The notes under the pieces were generated by a model, which worked only from the letters and a program-made list of their open reading frames with translations, was not told where the DNA came from and did no database searches. DNA of 64,000 bases from Phaeosaccion multiseriatum (taxonomy: Eukaryota > Protista > Ochrophyta, other classes), in the NCBI GenBank assembly GCA_965112735.1, contig OZ218951.1, forward strand, positions 5,890,001 to 5,954,000. The letters run 5' to 3'. Position 1 is the first letter of the stretch, and every line of letters begins with the position of its first letter. Made by a program: the position numbers and the translations under genes. Below, in pieces: positions 8,757-22,801 of this stretch.

Positions 8757-11660
8757 TCAAAGCGCCGCTACCTCTGGTGCCTCTGCCTCCCCCCACCCCT
8801 GCAGCAGGGCCTCGATCGCCACCGCGACTCCGTCCTTTGGCAACAACGACAACGCGAACAATAGCACAACAGGAGAGAGAGAGCGAATCATTGGAAAGAC
8901 TGGGAGGGGCGTATGGGGGCAGGGAGGCGTTTCAGGCCACAAGTGGAATGGGGCAGTATAGCGACATTGTATAGAGCACTGAACAGGCCGCAATATGAAA
9001 TTGAAGTACTGCCGTGAATGAGAGGCTTGACCACAGGCGCCACACTTTAATAATCACAAGGTACGCACAAGCGCAAGCAAAAGGCAAAGGAAGGCACGAC
9101 ACCTCTAACGCACCTCATCGTTGGTTTCCGTGACGAGTGCTGCGGCCCCCCTAACCTGTGGGGCGGCTTGCCCCATGGCCACGCTGTGCCCAACTACAGA
9201 GAACATCTCCACGTCGTTCTCTTGGTCGCTGCGGGCAGACAGATGTGCAGACAGGTGGGTAGGCAGACAGGCAAGCAGGCAGGCAGGCAGGTAGGCAGGC
9301 AGTCATGCCAGCAGGCAGGTAGACAGGCAAGCAGGCAGTCATGCCAGCAGGCAGGCAGGCAGCGGAGGAAGCCAGACAGGCAGGCAGACAGGCAGACAGG
9401 CAAGCAGGCAGGCAGGCAGCGGAGGGAGGCAGACATCGAGGTGGTGGTGGTAAACGTCAGCGAGTCGTTGTAAGGGCTGCGGGTGGGCAGCACGGAAGCA
9501 AACTTTCATGTAAAAGGGCGGGCGGAGAGGACATACAACGTGGAGAGAGATGAGGGCCATGTATATAGAGAGAGATGAGGGCCATGTATATAGAGAGAGA
9601 TGAGGGCCATGTATATAGAGAGAGGGGGGGAGATGGTACACGGAGGGGGGGGGAAGAGAGCGAGGAGAGGAGGGAAGGGGCGTTATGCAAGGAGAGATAT
9701 AAATGGAGGGGGAGAGAGTGGGCTTACCCGATGGCCATGGCGTGATCAGGGTGGATGTCGAGATCCTCGAGAAGCTTCCTCACGCCGTCGCCCTTGCTCG
9801 CCCCTGTGCCATCCCATGAGGAGCATTCGTTGCATTGCATGGGTCAGGGGTCACACGGGGAGGGGAAGCACATGCTAAGGCTAGCAACGGCAGAGGCAGC
9901 ACCACACACACGACCTGCAGTGTATGGGCACGCACTCACACACAACGCACACATACAAACACAGTACACACATACACACGTACAAAACAAACACACACAA
10001 CACACACAGAGGCTCGTGTGCTCGCTGACACTGACCGAAGGGGAGCACCTCGAGCATGTCGGCGAGGCCCTTGGTCACCACGCCGTCCAACCCTTACGTA
10101 CGCGTTATGGTAGTGTGAACATAAGGGTAAGTTGAAGGGGAGGGGAAGGGGAAGGGAGGGAGGCAAGGTGAGGGGAGGGGAGGGAAAGGCAGGGAAGAGG
10201 AGGGGAAGGGAAAGAAAAGGAAGAGGACACCCGCGAAACGGATAGACCCTATTGCTGCATGGGGGGGAATTGTTCCACTTGGACTGGCTGCTTGAGAGTG
10301 AGGGAGTGGCTCAACAAGCACGAGACCTCAAGTACCCCTGGAAGGTCCCTCACCACTCTACGAGGACAGAGACACACGCGCCGCACTCACCCACGCTCTC
10401 CTCTAGGTAGGGGCGGATCACGTCCACCTCCTCTGCGCTGCTTCCCCAGAAGAAAAGCCTACTAAGTGTCAGCCCCCCCCGCACGGCCTCGCCCAGGCAG
10501 CCGATCTGAGCCGCTCACGAGGGGAGCAGTAAGTCAACGAGTCGGTCGATCGAAGAATGAGCACAGCAGAGCAGGGGAGATCGGAGGGTGAGTGGAAGGA
10601 ACACACAAGGACACATTCAGAGACAAGAGTGATGAGATAGAGAGAGGGAGAGGAGCAGCAACCAGAGACAAGGAGGGAGAGACAAAGCCGGGAAGAGAGA
10701 GAGAGAGAGAGACCGGCGCACATGAGAGTCCTCGTCCGCACCTCCTCCGGCGCCGGCTCCTTAGCACTGACATACCGCAGCGCCCTCTCGTCGTGCTTGT
10801 CCATGACGACTCGGTCACCCACACTGCCCATGAGAGTCACGCCCAGCCCCACCACATTGGGGTGGTCCCTGTGGAACATCACCACCCTCTCCGCCAGGGA
10901 GGAGGGCAGTGAGGCGGAGTGAATCTCCTCCCCCTTGCCTCCGAACACGGTGAGGCCGTTCATTGCCACGAGCGGGTAGCGTGCCCCGGCGTCGAAGAGC
11001 GCCGGGGTGAGCACGGCTTCGATGCCCACTTTGCCTCTTCCCGAGGCGGGGATGAACACCAAACCCCTGCGTCGCGCCTCTGTTACGGCAGCTTTGACAC
11101 GATCGCTGACCTGAAAGCGGGAGGGGCACATCAGGTCGTCCGTAAGCAAGCAGAAGTACCGGAGGAGGGCAAAGAGGCTTGTACCCTTTTCTTTGCTACT
11201 TGTTTCCTGCCAAAAAAAACCCCGCCTCCCTACCACTCACCTGGTGCTTGCTGTTGAGCAAAGTGCCGTCAAGGTCGCAAATGATGGCCTTCACGGCCGA
11301 TGCGGCCCCTGAGAAGGGGTCCTTCATCCGCTCCCCACTCTTGCTGCACCTCAGGCCAAGCGCCCCTCCCTCTCCTATTGCGCTGCTGCTGCTACTGCTG
11401 CTGCTCATGCTCCGCACCCTCTTGCGATACGCCAAAGTGTGATTCGATCTGCTGCCGACCAAGCTGCTACCCCTCCCTGTCGTACTCGCTCTTGCCGAGG
11501 CACCACCAGCCCCTCCCGCCGGAAGTTGAGATAGCCTCCCAGAGCGAAGGAGCAGACGCCTACTCATGCAAACTGTAGTGGTAAAAGACGATCCGGGTGT
11601 GAGCAAGAGCGAGAGCAGTGTCAGCCGAGGTAGGCTCAAAAAGCTCCAGACACTGGGCAT
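8757..11660 (-). CDS. Cof-type HAD-superfamily (subfamily IIB) hydrolase, probably plastid-targeted; ~7 exons
   Basis: Motif I CDLDGTLLN, IPASGRG, AMNG, MLEVLP, GASKGDGVRKLL, AMAIG|DQENDVEMF...SVAMG and TNDE|DGVAVAIE are recovered across GT-AG exons. The N-terminus is a signal peptide followed by SSF. Confidence 0.9.
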
Positions 11661-12100
11661 TGCGCGTGTGAGTCACGAGAATCGAGGGCTGTGAGTCGCG
11701 GCGACTGCCGGATTACAATACGCACGGTCGCCCCTGGTCTGCTCGAAACTCGAAAAGGAACTTCCACTTCCATTTTAATAGGGCGTAGTGCATAGTGCAA
11801 TTCTTCATAACCCTCCTTGGAGTAAGTGGTACTCGACTGGACCAGCGATCTCGTTCATGGCTCGCCTTCTAACGCACTACCCCTTCCTCCTCCTCCAATC
11901 CCTTTCTTTCTTCCCTCCTCCTACATCAACCTTTTCTCCTTCTCTTTGCCTCCTAAGCAGGCAGTCCGTCGTCATCCCCCCCATCCCAATACATACTGCT
12001 GAGAATCACGTCGTGCTTGCTGCAGCGGGGCTGAGCTCCCTTCTCTCAATCGCTCGGGCTTCCTTTCTTTGGAGGACCGCAGACCTGGAGGGGTAGAGCA

Positions 12101-13167
12101 ATGATGCCCGTTGCCGGAGGCGGATGCAAGGCAGGTCGCTACTTGGCCCTCGCACTATCTAAAGGAGCCGGAGGACGAGCAGCACCACTGGCGCCGGCAG
12201 AAGCAGCGAACAGAGTCTTTCGTGGGGGATGCAGCAGGAATAGCAGCACCAGCACCACTGGCACCAGCACTGGCAGCAGTGCCACTACCGCCACCACTAC
12301 CACCGGCAGTAGCACCAGCAGCGCTACCGCCGCTTGTCCGTCCTCTCTGCCTCACTGGAGCGCTCTGTCTGTTTCACCCTTCTCGTCTACAGCGGGGGCG
12401 TCCTCCCCCCAGCTGCCGCCCTTGACTCTCATCCGAATGCCACGCATGAGTCCCTCCATGCAGCACGGCACGCTGAGCAAGTGGTGCAAGGCGCCCCCCG
12501 AGCAGGTGGAGGAGTACAATGTGGTGTTCAACGTGCACACAAAGAGCCTCTACGAGGACGAGGACGAGGCCGAGGTATGTAGTCTAGAGAGTCCTGGAGA
12601 GAGAGGGAGGGGAGGGAAGAGAGAGGGAGAGAGCGATAGGTCGAGCGAGAGGGAGGGAGGAAGAGAAAATGATATGAGACGGAGAGAGCGAGACAGAGAG
12701 AGAGAGACAGAGAGGGAGACACGAAAGAGAGGAAGAGGGGGAGAGAGAGGGAGAAAGAGGGAGACAACAGAGAGACACACAGAGAGAGTAAGAGACAAGA
12801 GATCTCAGAGCTCCATGAAATGTTGACGCCCCTCCACCACACTCCACTCACCCTCTCTCTTGTACCATACGCTCACTCACAGATGGCCATGACCGTGGAG
12901 ATAATCGAAGACGGGTACTTGGCCAAGCACCTCGTTCAAGAGGGCTCAGAGGTGAAGGTGGGGACGCCCATTGCGCTCATGGTGGAGAGGGAGGAGGAGG
13001 TGCGTGCCGTGTCGGAGGCCTCGGTAGAGGAGCTGCTGGCAGCGGTCAGGAGGGGCTCGTCTGTTTTAGCGGGGGGGAGCAGCAGCAGCGGCAGCAGCGG
13101 CGGGGGGGGGGTGCAGGAGGAGGTGATCGAGGCCCAATGGCAAGGGTATAAAATGTCATGTACATAG
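12101..13167 (+). CDS. Stand-alone lipoyl/biotinyl-attachment-like domain protein with a mitochondrial-type presequence; exons 12101-12574 and 12883-13167
   Basis: IRMPRMSPSMQHGTLSKW...E.IEDGYLAKHLVQEGSEVKVGTPIALMVE matches the PDH E2/E3BP lipoyl domain consensus. The intron is phase-0 GT-AG. Confidence 0.8.
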
Positions 13168-13986
13168 AGGAGAAAGGGTGGTTTCCGAGTCGAGGGCATG
13201 TATGTATCGGACTGCGCATATACCCTAGACACATGTCTGGGGGCCCAATCACTCTCTTTGCGGCCTTGTTATACACAAAGAGACAAGGCAATGACAGAGC
13301 AAGAGGGGCCTAAGAGGGGGTCTGTGTCCTTTGTGTCCTTTGAGACCTTTGAGACCTGGCCTGCTTGCACGCCACTGCGCACCACTCTTACAGTGGTGTG
13401 ACAGAGCCGTTACATCTTTTGAAGCACAGGCTGAGAGGCTGGGGCGGCTGCACGCAGAATCCCCCCTTCCCCCTTTCCTGGGGATGGACATTTGAGGCCG
13501 TAGTCTGGGATGGACATTTGAGGCCGTAGTCTGGAGCTTGCGCAGTGGAGCTTGTGCAGTGGAGCTTTTACTCTCGCGGCAACAAAACTTCAATTGATAA
13601 AAAGCAAAGCAAAACAAAACAAAAAAGAACAAAACAAAACAAAACAAAACACTGTATTCTGCCGGACTTTACCGGCCTTGCGGGCCGCTTTCTATGCCTA
13701 CCATTTATAGGGATAAATACAGTGCGCTTAAAAAAGAAAGGGAGAAATACAGTGTTCTTCAGGGAGTGTGTGTGTGCTCATTTTTTTAACTACTACAACA
13801 TGGACTTGGTGAGGACGGGTGGGCCAAACACAGCGGCTCTTCCCCTCTGTGCAGGGCCCATTCATGCACAATTCCCCTTTTCCTTTTCCATCGTGTAAGC
13901 AGTTGGTGATACACGGACCTGCGCCTCACAAGGGGGGCTCCCTCACACCTCTCGCCCCTCCAATCTCCCCCCGCTCAGCTCTCTTC

Positions 13987-16900
13987 TCAGCCCGCGGCAA
14001 CCGAGGCTGGGGTCAGGGTCGGCGGTGGCACAGCTGAGGTCAGGGCCTGCGGCGACTTTGCTGAGGACAGGGGCGAAACGGTCAGGGGCTCCTCCCCCGT
14101 CTCCGCCAACGTGCTCGGGAAGGCATCGAGGGCCGCAGCTTCCACCCAGTCAAGGCCCTCACAGAGATATGTATCACCAACTGCTGGTGTGTCAACATCT
14201 CCAGCCCCCCCTGCCTTGGCAGCCGCTACAACCCAATCAAGACCATCCCTATCTGCTGCTGTATCACCAACTACTGCAGCTTCGCCCTCAGTCTTGCTCG
14301 CGCCTTCGAGCGTGCCTATCCCCGGGGGGGGGCTCGTCTCCCCAAGCGCCTCAGAGGCCACCGTGCGCTTGGTTGGCGCTGTGCTGACCCCCCCACCCCC
14401 AGTTTGCTGCTGTATCACCAACTGTTGCTGCTGCTTGCTCCCCTTGCCCTTGCCCTGTGCGGGGCGTGATAGTCTCGTGTCTGCCGCAGCTGTTCGCGCG
14501 CGGCCTGTGTGAGTGTGTGTGTGTGTGTGTGTGAGCGAGAGAGAGAGAGTGTGTGTGTGTGTGTGAGTGTGTCTGATATCGAGTTGCCGGGGTGGTGGTA
14601 CCCACTCCCCCCCCTGGGCACTAACCCCCTGGGCACTCCTCCTCACCACTCACCCTGAAGCTCAGTGCTCTCCAAGCGTTTCAGTGCCCTCCCTGCGGCT
14701 GAGTACGCCTTGTAAGTGAGCTTGTGCACCCCCCCTACAGCGCCCGCCTTCACCGCGCCCCCCCTGACTGCGGTGGCCCCCCTCGTCTCCTCCTTGCCGC
14801 CCCTGTCCTTCTCCTCGTGTAGGCGGGTGCGAGTGGGGGAGGAGGGGGTTGGGCTTCTGTGGCTGGGTCTTCCCCCCCCCCTCCCTCCCCTCCTCCTGGT
14901 GGGCGAAGGCGGGCAAGTCAGCAGAGCCTTTGACGCCAAAGCCTCCAGGAACGCCCCTGACACCGTACTGTCGAAGGGTTTCTGCTCCTGCGTGTTCCCT
15001 TCCCCGCCCCCCCATTGGCTCCCCCTGGGCGTGTCCCCTCCCTTGGTGAGAGTGGTGGTGTTGGCGGTGGTGGCCGGCCTCGCCCGCTGCTTGCTACCCG
15101 CGGCGTACAGCCTCTCGAACACCGAGGAGCCCTTTCCGCTGCTGAGCGTCACCCCGGGGCGGCCCTTGCTGCGAAGTCCCGGGGGGGCGGACGCAGGTTT
15201 CCGAGGCCGTCCACTGCCATCCGAGGGAGAAGATGAAGAATCCGCGTGGTCGCCGTCTGTGATGCTCGAGGTGGGGGCGCGCTTGGGTCGCTGCTTGTAC
15301 CCCCCCGGGTCGACCTTGCTTACCGCCCCGGCTGAGGCCCCCTTGCGAGTCATCCATTCCTCAATGTAGCTGGGGGGGAGAGGAGGGGAGGAGGGTGAGG
15401 AGGAGGAGGAGGAGGAAGAGGAGGAGGAGGAGGAGGAGGAGGAGGACGGACGGACGGACGGACGGACGGACGGACAATGTGAGAATAGAACAATGGGATA
15501 GAGTGTTGGGATCAGGAGAGGAGGGACAACTGCTGCATCTCGTCTGGCTTACCCTTCGAAGCGCGAGGCGAGCTTCGGCTTTGTGGTGACGAGGGACGAG
15601 CCCCCATGCAACCTCTCCTGCAGCCCCAGCACCTGTTGTCAAGCAGTCAGTGGTCAAGCAGTCAGTGGTCAAGCAGTCAGGGGTCAAGCACTTCGAGGGG
15701 GAGAGAACGCGGATGGGGAGGGAGGAGGGAGGTTATGGTTGACAGTCCCGTGACCTTCGATTCATGCCACACACACACAGCCCTCACACACCTGCCTCCA
15801 CCCACCCACCCACCCTGATGGTTCTGCAGATCCCCCCCCCCGTATGCTTCTATCCAGTCACTCACCCTCTGGTTCTGCTCCCGGAGCCTTCTCTTGGCGG
15901 CCTTAACGCTCCCCTCCGCGCACCCCTGACACACGCGCACCGCCCGGAGCCTGAGTCGCGCGTCCGCCTCAAGCACACCCAGCGCCGCCACCAGGCCCTC
16001 CCTCACCAGTTGGTGATACAGGCCCTCCTTCTCGACTGCCTGCTGCTCCTGTATCACCAGCTGTTGCTGCTGCTGATGGAGGCGTGCCCCCCCCGGGTAG
16101 GTGCTGTGGAGCACGGCGTAGGCCACCTGCACCCCTCGGCAGGGAGGGCGGTGCTTGCGGTGACGCTCCTTCTCCTTCTCCTTCTCCTTCTCCTCATCTT
16201 CATCCTCCTCCTCCTCCTCCTCCTCCTTCTGCAGCCCCCAGCGGCAGTTTTCGGCGGCGGCTCCGAGCGTTACGAAGTACTTTAGATTGCCATCCCCTCC
16301 TCCGGGCTTATCGCTATGGTCTCTCTCAGGCACCTCGTCCTCGTCCTCGTCCTCGTCCTCCTCCTCCTCTTCCTCCCCCCCGCCCGACCTGTGGAGAGAG
16401 CCTCCTTGCCCCTTCCCATATGACTGTCCCTGCCCTCCGTCACCACTGACAGACGCCTCTTCGCCCCCCTCCGTCCCTGCCCTCCTGATCCACGCACACG
16501 CGACGCACTCGAACGGCTGAGGTCTGCGAGGCAAAGTCGTTCCCTTCCTCCTCCCTCCTCCATCAGCTGCCATCCCCCCCCCCCCCTCCATCTCCAGTCT
16601 CCTCCTCTGGTCCTCGCCCCCCCCCCCCTCGCCCCTGAACAGACGAGGGCGATGCTCCTGGGGCGTCGTCTCCGGGCCGACATGGTGGGGGTGTTGGTTG
16701 TATGTCGTCGCCATCGTGACGCAGCTCGAGGGAGAGGGGACCCCCCTGTCCCCTCCCGTGCCTGCCCCCCTGCCTGCCTCCCTGTACGTTGTCTGTCGCC
16801 CACCTGCCTGGCATGTGCAAGTATGTTCTGCCGTCCGCTCCCTGCTTAAAGAGGAGCGTCAGTCTGTACACCTTGGAGCCCGAGGAGGACGAGTCTGAAG

Positions 16901-19900
16901 TGGATGGCAGTGGATGAGGCCGGGAGGAAGGGAGGGAGTGGTAAGCTGTGGTGTCTCCTTCAACAAGGTTAGGCGCCTCCTTGATCTGATGCGATGCCAT
17001 GGAGTAGAGGTACTGAAGCAAGGATGGTGAATCACTGACCCCTTCTGCTGTACTCACTGTACTCACTGTACTGACTGTACTGACCTGCAGGAAGCACCGC
17101 CGCCAAATGGCTGAGATCGATCGGCAAGGCAAAGGAAGGGTGGAAGGGGAATCGATCGACGCGGCAAAGGAAGCGTTGACGGGGAGAGGGGAGGAGAGAG
17201 GCAGAGAGAGACAGAGAGAGGGAGAGACAGGAGACCGAGGGCAGGAGAGTAAGAGAGAGTCGGACAGCTCAGAGACAGCACAAGAGTACAGAAGAGTACG
17301 AGAGAGAGAGCTGAGCAGGTGGGGGTCACGAGGCAAGCAAAAATAAAGTCCTGAGGGGGGCGGGCAGCAGGCAAAGTGCCCTCCCGAACAGCGCCACTCA
17401 TGTGCCGAGTCATACACTCTAAGGATACCCACTCACCTGCCCACTTGTTCGGCCACCTCCCACAGCGTCTGCCTCAACGCCGCACTCGCCACGGAGCGCG
17501 CCTCAGAGCCCACTGCTCCAGGGGGGCGTCTCTGACCCCGCCTTCCCCCCGGGGGGTCCGATGGCAGCTCCAGAGTCACCGTCCTGAGCGAAGGGCACAA
17601 GGAAGGGAAGGAGGAAGGGCAGGAGGAAGGACAGGAAGCGTCAAAGGTCAGAAGGAAGGGGAGGAAGCGCTTAACGTCGGAGAGCGGAATATGTCTGTCG
17701 CTCCGTCTTGAACCGATCGATAGGTGCTGCACACTGCTGCACACACGCACGTACACGTACACGTACACGTACACGTACACGTACACGCACCTGCGGGAGA
17801 GAGAGGGGGCTCCTTGCTCGGCGCTGCTTTGACTCATGAACATGTCCTCTGTCCTGTCCATCCTGTCCACGCTCGAGTAGCGCTCCATCAACGTGTGCGT
17901 GGGGGTGCACTGGACCTGCTTGGGGGCCATGAGTGGGTACCCTCGTTAGTCAGGTGGGGCAGACAGTACCGCACTCGACTGTTCTGTTGGAGTGGCTGGG
18001 TCTTGAGGCGGCGGCGGTGATGTATGGGCCGAGGCCAGAAGGAAAGGGGATTGCAAGCAGGGCCCTACGACTACAGAGACGACGCGACTGCTTGCTTGAC
18101 AGAACTGTGCTGCTTGACATTTTTGCTTGACAGAGCCGTGCTTGCCATCTGTGACCGCACCTGAATGACGTGATTCCTGCCGCCGAGGGGGCTGAGGAAC
18201 TTCTGCAGCAGACACGGTCCCGGGGGGGGACGCACGAAGAGGAGCTCCTGAGGCCGACGGCGGAGAGATGGCGGGGGTTCTTAAGTCATAAAAGGGGCAT
18301 CAGCTACCATCAGCCTTGGAGTAAAGCAAGGAGCCACGCGCACAGGCCCACACGCCCATCCGCGCTTTGGCAAGACACATCACACTCCACTCCCCTCACT
18401 CATTCTGACGGCCTTCAGCTCTGCTTTGTCCTGACTCCGTGCTCCCCCATCACTCCTCACCTTGAGCTCTGTTCTGTTGAGGTGCCTCACGAGCGTCCCT
18501 CCCCTCTCCTGGGCCTCGTCTTGAAGCCCCTCCTCACCCCTGCTGCCCCGTCCATTGCCATCCCCCCCCTCTCGCCTCTCCGGGCAGTACAACACGGCAA
18601 CAATGTCATGATGCCCTCGCGCCTCCTTGCCCCCCCCCCCTGCTGCTGTGGACAGCCCTGCGGCGCCCCCCCCTCTCCATCCCGACGAGCCTGCCAACGC
18701 GAAGGCAGCCAAGTCGCCTCTGCCGGGCCCGTTCGTTCTACCCTGCCCCGTCCCCCCTGGGGCCGTGATCCCCCCTGGGGCCGCGATCACTCCTGGGGCC
18801 GCGATGTGCCTTGGGGCCGTCAGCCCCCTCTTCCTGCCCCTTCTCCTGCCCATATGACTGAGCACGTGAGTGGGTGGAGTGGGTGGATTGGCGTTGACGA
18901 AGGCTGCGTAGACTGCTGTGCGGGATGTGTGTTTGGAGAGTTTGCGCTTTACGCAGCCCTCTCTGTTGAGCCGTGGAGCATCAAAGGGCGGGGGTGTGGT
19001 TAAGGCATTGAAAGGGGCAGTAAGTGCCGCCACCTCCATGTTGTAAGTCAATAGTCCCGGCCCCTAAGTCAACGATTCCAGTCCTGACACCCTGACTGAC
19101 CTGGAGGTGAAGAACCAGTGCAAGGGCACTCCTGCCGCCGAGAGCAGAACCGTGTCGGGCACCGCGCAGCCCGAGAAGGCCCTGTCAGGGGGGGCAGTTG
19201 GTGATACAGCAGCAGCAGGGCATGCATGGAGAGTTAGGGGCAGCAGAGAGTTGCATGGGTCAAGGCCGAGGGGACAGCAAGCAGTAGCAGCAGCAGTAGT
19301 AGCAGCAGTGTTCAACTCGTGTGACCAGACACAACGCGTCGCACCTTCCCGTGTTGTCCCGCTGCCACAGCAGGTAGGGAAAACTCAGCATCGCCGCAGC
19401 GCTGTCGACTCCATCCACTGCCAGGGCCACTGCGTCCACTGCCATCGCGTCGCTCGCACCACCGCCGTCGTTGCTGGCCGAGGAGGGTCGGCCCTCCGTG
19501 CCCTCCTTAGCGCCATCCACAGAGACAGAGAGGCACTGCAACACTCCTTCGAAGGCCAAGCTGCCGTCCTCCTGCTCCTCCCCCTCCTCCCCCTCCTCCG
19601 CTTGCTGTTCAGCTTCCTCCTCCTTCTCCCCTTCCTCTGCCTTCGCCCCTCGCAACAGCGACGATGACGCTGCCTCCCTCTTACCCGCGTCTTCCTCTTC
19701 CTCCGCTGCTGCAGCAGAAACTTCATCTTGGCTAATCCCTGCCAAGCCTGCCCCCAAGAGCTCCTTCTCCTTCTTCGCCTCTTGACTCCCTTCGCCCATG
19801 CCCGGCTGCTTCTCTCCTCCACCCTCATCTGCCTGCACCTGCACTGGTGCCTGCCGCTGCCCCCCTTCCTTCCCTCCTTTCCCATCGATGGGAGCGTCTG

Positions 19901-21008
19901 AAGATCCCCCTCCCACCTCCCCACATACCCCCTCTTTAGCAATCCCGTCCCTCTGTCCCTGCTTCGCCAAAGTAGAAGCCCCAACAGCCGCTACTTCTGC
20001 TAGTGATCCTCCTCCTCCACCTGCCTCTCCTCCTCCTGCTGCTATATCACCAACTGTTGCAGGCTCTTCCACCTCTATTTGGGTCGCGCTGCCTGCCTGT
20101 AGGACCCCCAATACACCTCCCGCAGCGGCTGCTGCAGACGCGTGTGTCACAGCACACTCAGGTGGTGGGGCAACCTCCTTCGGCTGCTCAGAATGCGGCT
20201 CGTCTTGCTTCATTTCTCCGGCTGGGCTCTTTTTTCCGGCAGAGTCTATGCCCCCATCCCCGCCCTTCGTCTTCTCCATCTCTTCCTTCTGCTCCTTCTC
20301 TTCTGCATCGTCGTCGTCATTATCATCATCATCGAAGTCGCCGATGTCATACGCCGCCGTGTCCAGACTTTGTTCTCCTTCTCCGCCCTTTGCAGAAGTA
20401 GCGGGGGGTCCATTTATGGCGGAAAGACGACTTTCTCCTCCTCCTGCGGGTGGTGGCTTGCCACGTCCCTCACCACTGCTACTGCCACTACTACTCAGAC
20501 TGTGTTGGCTATAATCAAAGTCACTGTCCCCGTCCCCCCCCTCCTTCTCGTTCGTCGCTGCTGCTGTCGCACCTGCCCTCAAAGTCCCCTCCTCGGTTTT
20601 CGCCTGTATCCTGGCAGCTTCTGCCCCCTCTCCGGCTTCAGCCTGCCGACTGTCAGCATTCTCGCCAGATCCATCCTCCTGCCCCTGCTTTAAAGCAGCG
20701 AAAGGATCAGGATCGATTGGTGCTACTACTTCCTCACCCCCTTCTCCTCCTCCTGCTGCTGCGGATGCTGGTTGGCTAAGTCCCTCCTCCTCACTGCAAC
20801 CACTACTACTCAGGCTGTGTTGGCTGTACTCAAAATCGCTTTCCTCCTCGTCTTTGTCCTCCTCCTTTGCCCCCTCTCTTCCCAAGTAGTCTGAAATGGC
20901 ACCTCCTTCCCAACCCGCATCATCTTCATACTCTTCTTGCTCGTCGGACTTCTCCTTCTCCTCCTCCTCCTCCTGCCTTGGCTTCTTCTGATCGCTATTC
21001 TTTTCCAT
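13987..21008 (-). CDS. Large multi-exon hypothetical protein with an acidic low-complexity N-terminus and a globular core
   Basis: Consecutive minus-strand exons give FPYLLWQRD|VPDTVLL..G.PLHWFFTS|DIVAVLY|CLLQKFLSPLGGRNHVIQ|RLTLLFKQGADGRTYL|CVAC...VCQGC. The pattern resembles an uncharacterised protist family (from recall). Gene ends are approximate. Confidence 0.6.
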
Positions 21009-21706
21009 GTCTCCCACACCAAGCCGCCTCTCGCTCCTCCGTGATGTCGGGGTGCGATCAGCGCCCCCCCTCCCCTTCTCCGCTGCCTCCTATCTCTTTG
21101 GCGGACCAGGCGTCCCAGAAACGTAACGGTGAAAATGTCGAGGATATAGTATTCACCCAAATGTCGATATAATATCGATATCGAGCACAGGCGGCCCTAT
21201 AATTCTTACTACATAGCTCTGTGGTTCTCCCATTTTGTCGCGACACGCACATCAAACCCTCCCACAAAGAAGAGCTCCACTGGTCTTCTGCTGTATTGGC
21301 CATTCGTCGTCCGCTCCTGCTCCAGCACCCGTTGAGCCCTGTAGCGGCGCTTCATCTGAAGGAGCAGGTCGGCAGGCCGAGGGCGCAAAGGACTATGGGA
21401 CCATGGGACTACGGACTGGCACAGTACGCCCTTCGAGGGCAGTGGTGCTGAGCCGGCCCTCCCTCAACACACACGGCCATTCGGGGGGCCTTCCAGCGAG
21501 GCTCTGCCGTGGCTGGGAGAGTGTATGGGAGAGTAGCGCTCGCCTTCACAAACTACATACAAACATTTAAACGGGCGTCTTCCTCTTCTCCCGAACATCT
21601 CGCTCAATCTATACACAACCCCTCCCCCCTCACGCATGACACTGAAATGCCCACAAGAACATGAAAGATGTTGGAGGCTTGTCCTCGTGCCTTGTCCTGA
21701 CACCTC

Positions 21707-22801
21707 CTACCCGCTTCCCTCCGCCAGGGTCACCTTACGGGGCCCGCCCACGATCTCATACACCTTGCCATCCTTGCCCGTGACCTTGATGTTGCCCTTT
21801 GGAACGGGGCACAGGAGCTCCTTTTGGTACAGGCAGTGGGCGGGGAAGGGAAGGGGGGGAGGGGCTTGAGTGTTGGGTATGTGGGGACGGTAAGAGTCCA
21901 CAGATTCACAGATGGAAGAGGCGTACCGGAGGGGAGAAGGGCGGCGTAGAATGCCATTGTCCTTGCCTCCCCTAAGTGTATCGCTTCATTCTTTTGCATC
22001 TCTCTCTCCTCTCCTCTCTTCCTTCCCGTCTTCTCTCTCTCTCTCTCTCTGCCTCTGTCTTACGTATCCCCCCCTGCCCCTCTCTCACCTCCTCCATGAT
22101 GGCCATTTCATACTCTCCCCCTTGTCCGCTGGGGTCTTCGCATACGGCCTTAGTGGCCCAAAGGCACTTCTCATTGTCGCACGCCGGCGTCACGTTGCTC
22201 TCGTCACAGCAAACACAGCTGTACCTGGAAAGGGAGCATAGAAGAGAGGGGAGAGAGGAGAGACGAGAGAGGAGAAAGAAGGAGAAGAGAGGAGGACGAT
22301 GAAGGCGTTGAGGGGGAGGAAGAGGAGTTGGGCCCGAGGACATGACCGGCCGGCTGTCAAATGCGGATCAAGTGCTTGCCGATTGGCGCGACTGGCGTAG
22401 AGGGAGGCCAGGTGATGCGACACGTACAGGGAGACAGCAATGGAACACATATCTCCTTGCCCTTGCCTACTTACTTGCACATGGTGTCTGCTGCCGCGGC
22501 GGAGTTAGCGCACTCGTCTCCAAAGTCGGAGGTGGAGCAGGGGCACCGCTCAGGGGCGTTGACCACTGGGCAGGGGGTTGTTGAGGGGGGGGCGGGGAGG
22601 AGATACGGGAGGGGTAGGTCAGGCGAAGGCGACAAGGAGAGAGCTTGTCAAGTACATAGAATTGAGAGGGGGGAGGTGGAGGGGGACATTGTCCCCGTCC
22701 TCACCTCCTTCCTCGGCGCACTGCCCTGCGCTGACCATTGCTGGAAGTATGGCCAGGCTCAACCCCATAAGCACAGCAAAGCTCGCAATGTAAGACTTCA
22801 T
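21707..22801 (-). CDS. Small secreted Cys-rich protein (4-5 exons)
   Basis: Signal peptide MKSYIASFAVLMGLSLAILPAMVSA, then exons ERCPCSTSDFGDECAN..., YSCVCCDESNVTPACDNEKC... and ELLCPVPKGNIKVTGKDGKVYEIVGGPRKV...stop. Confidence 0.65.

Noticed and set aside
9230-9625. (GGCA/GACA)n tract and 25-bp x3 repeat ORFs
   Set aside because: Ordinary intronic simple repeats within the HAD gene.
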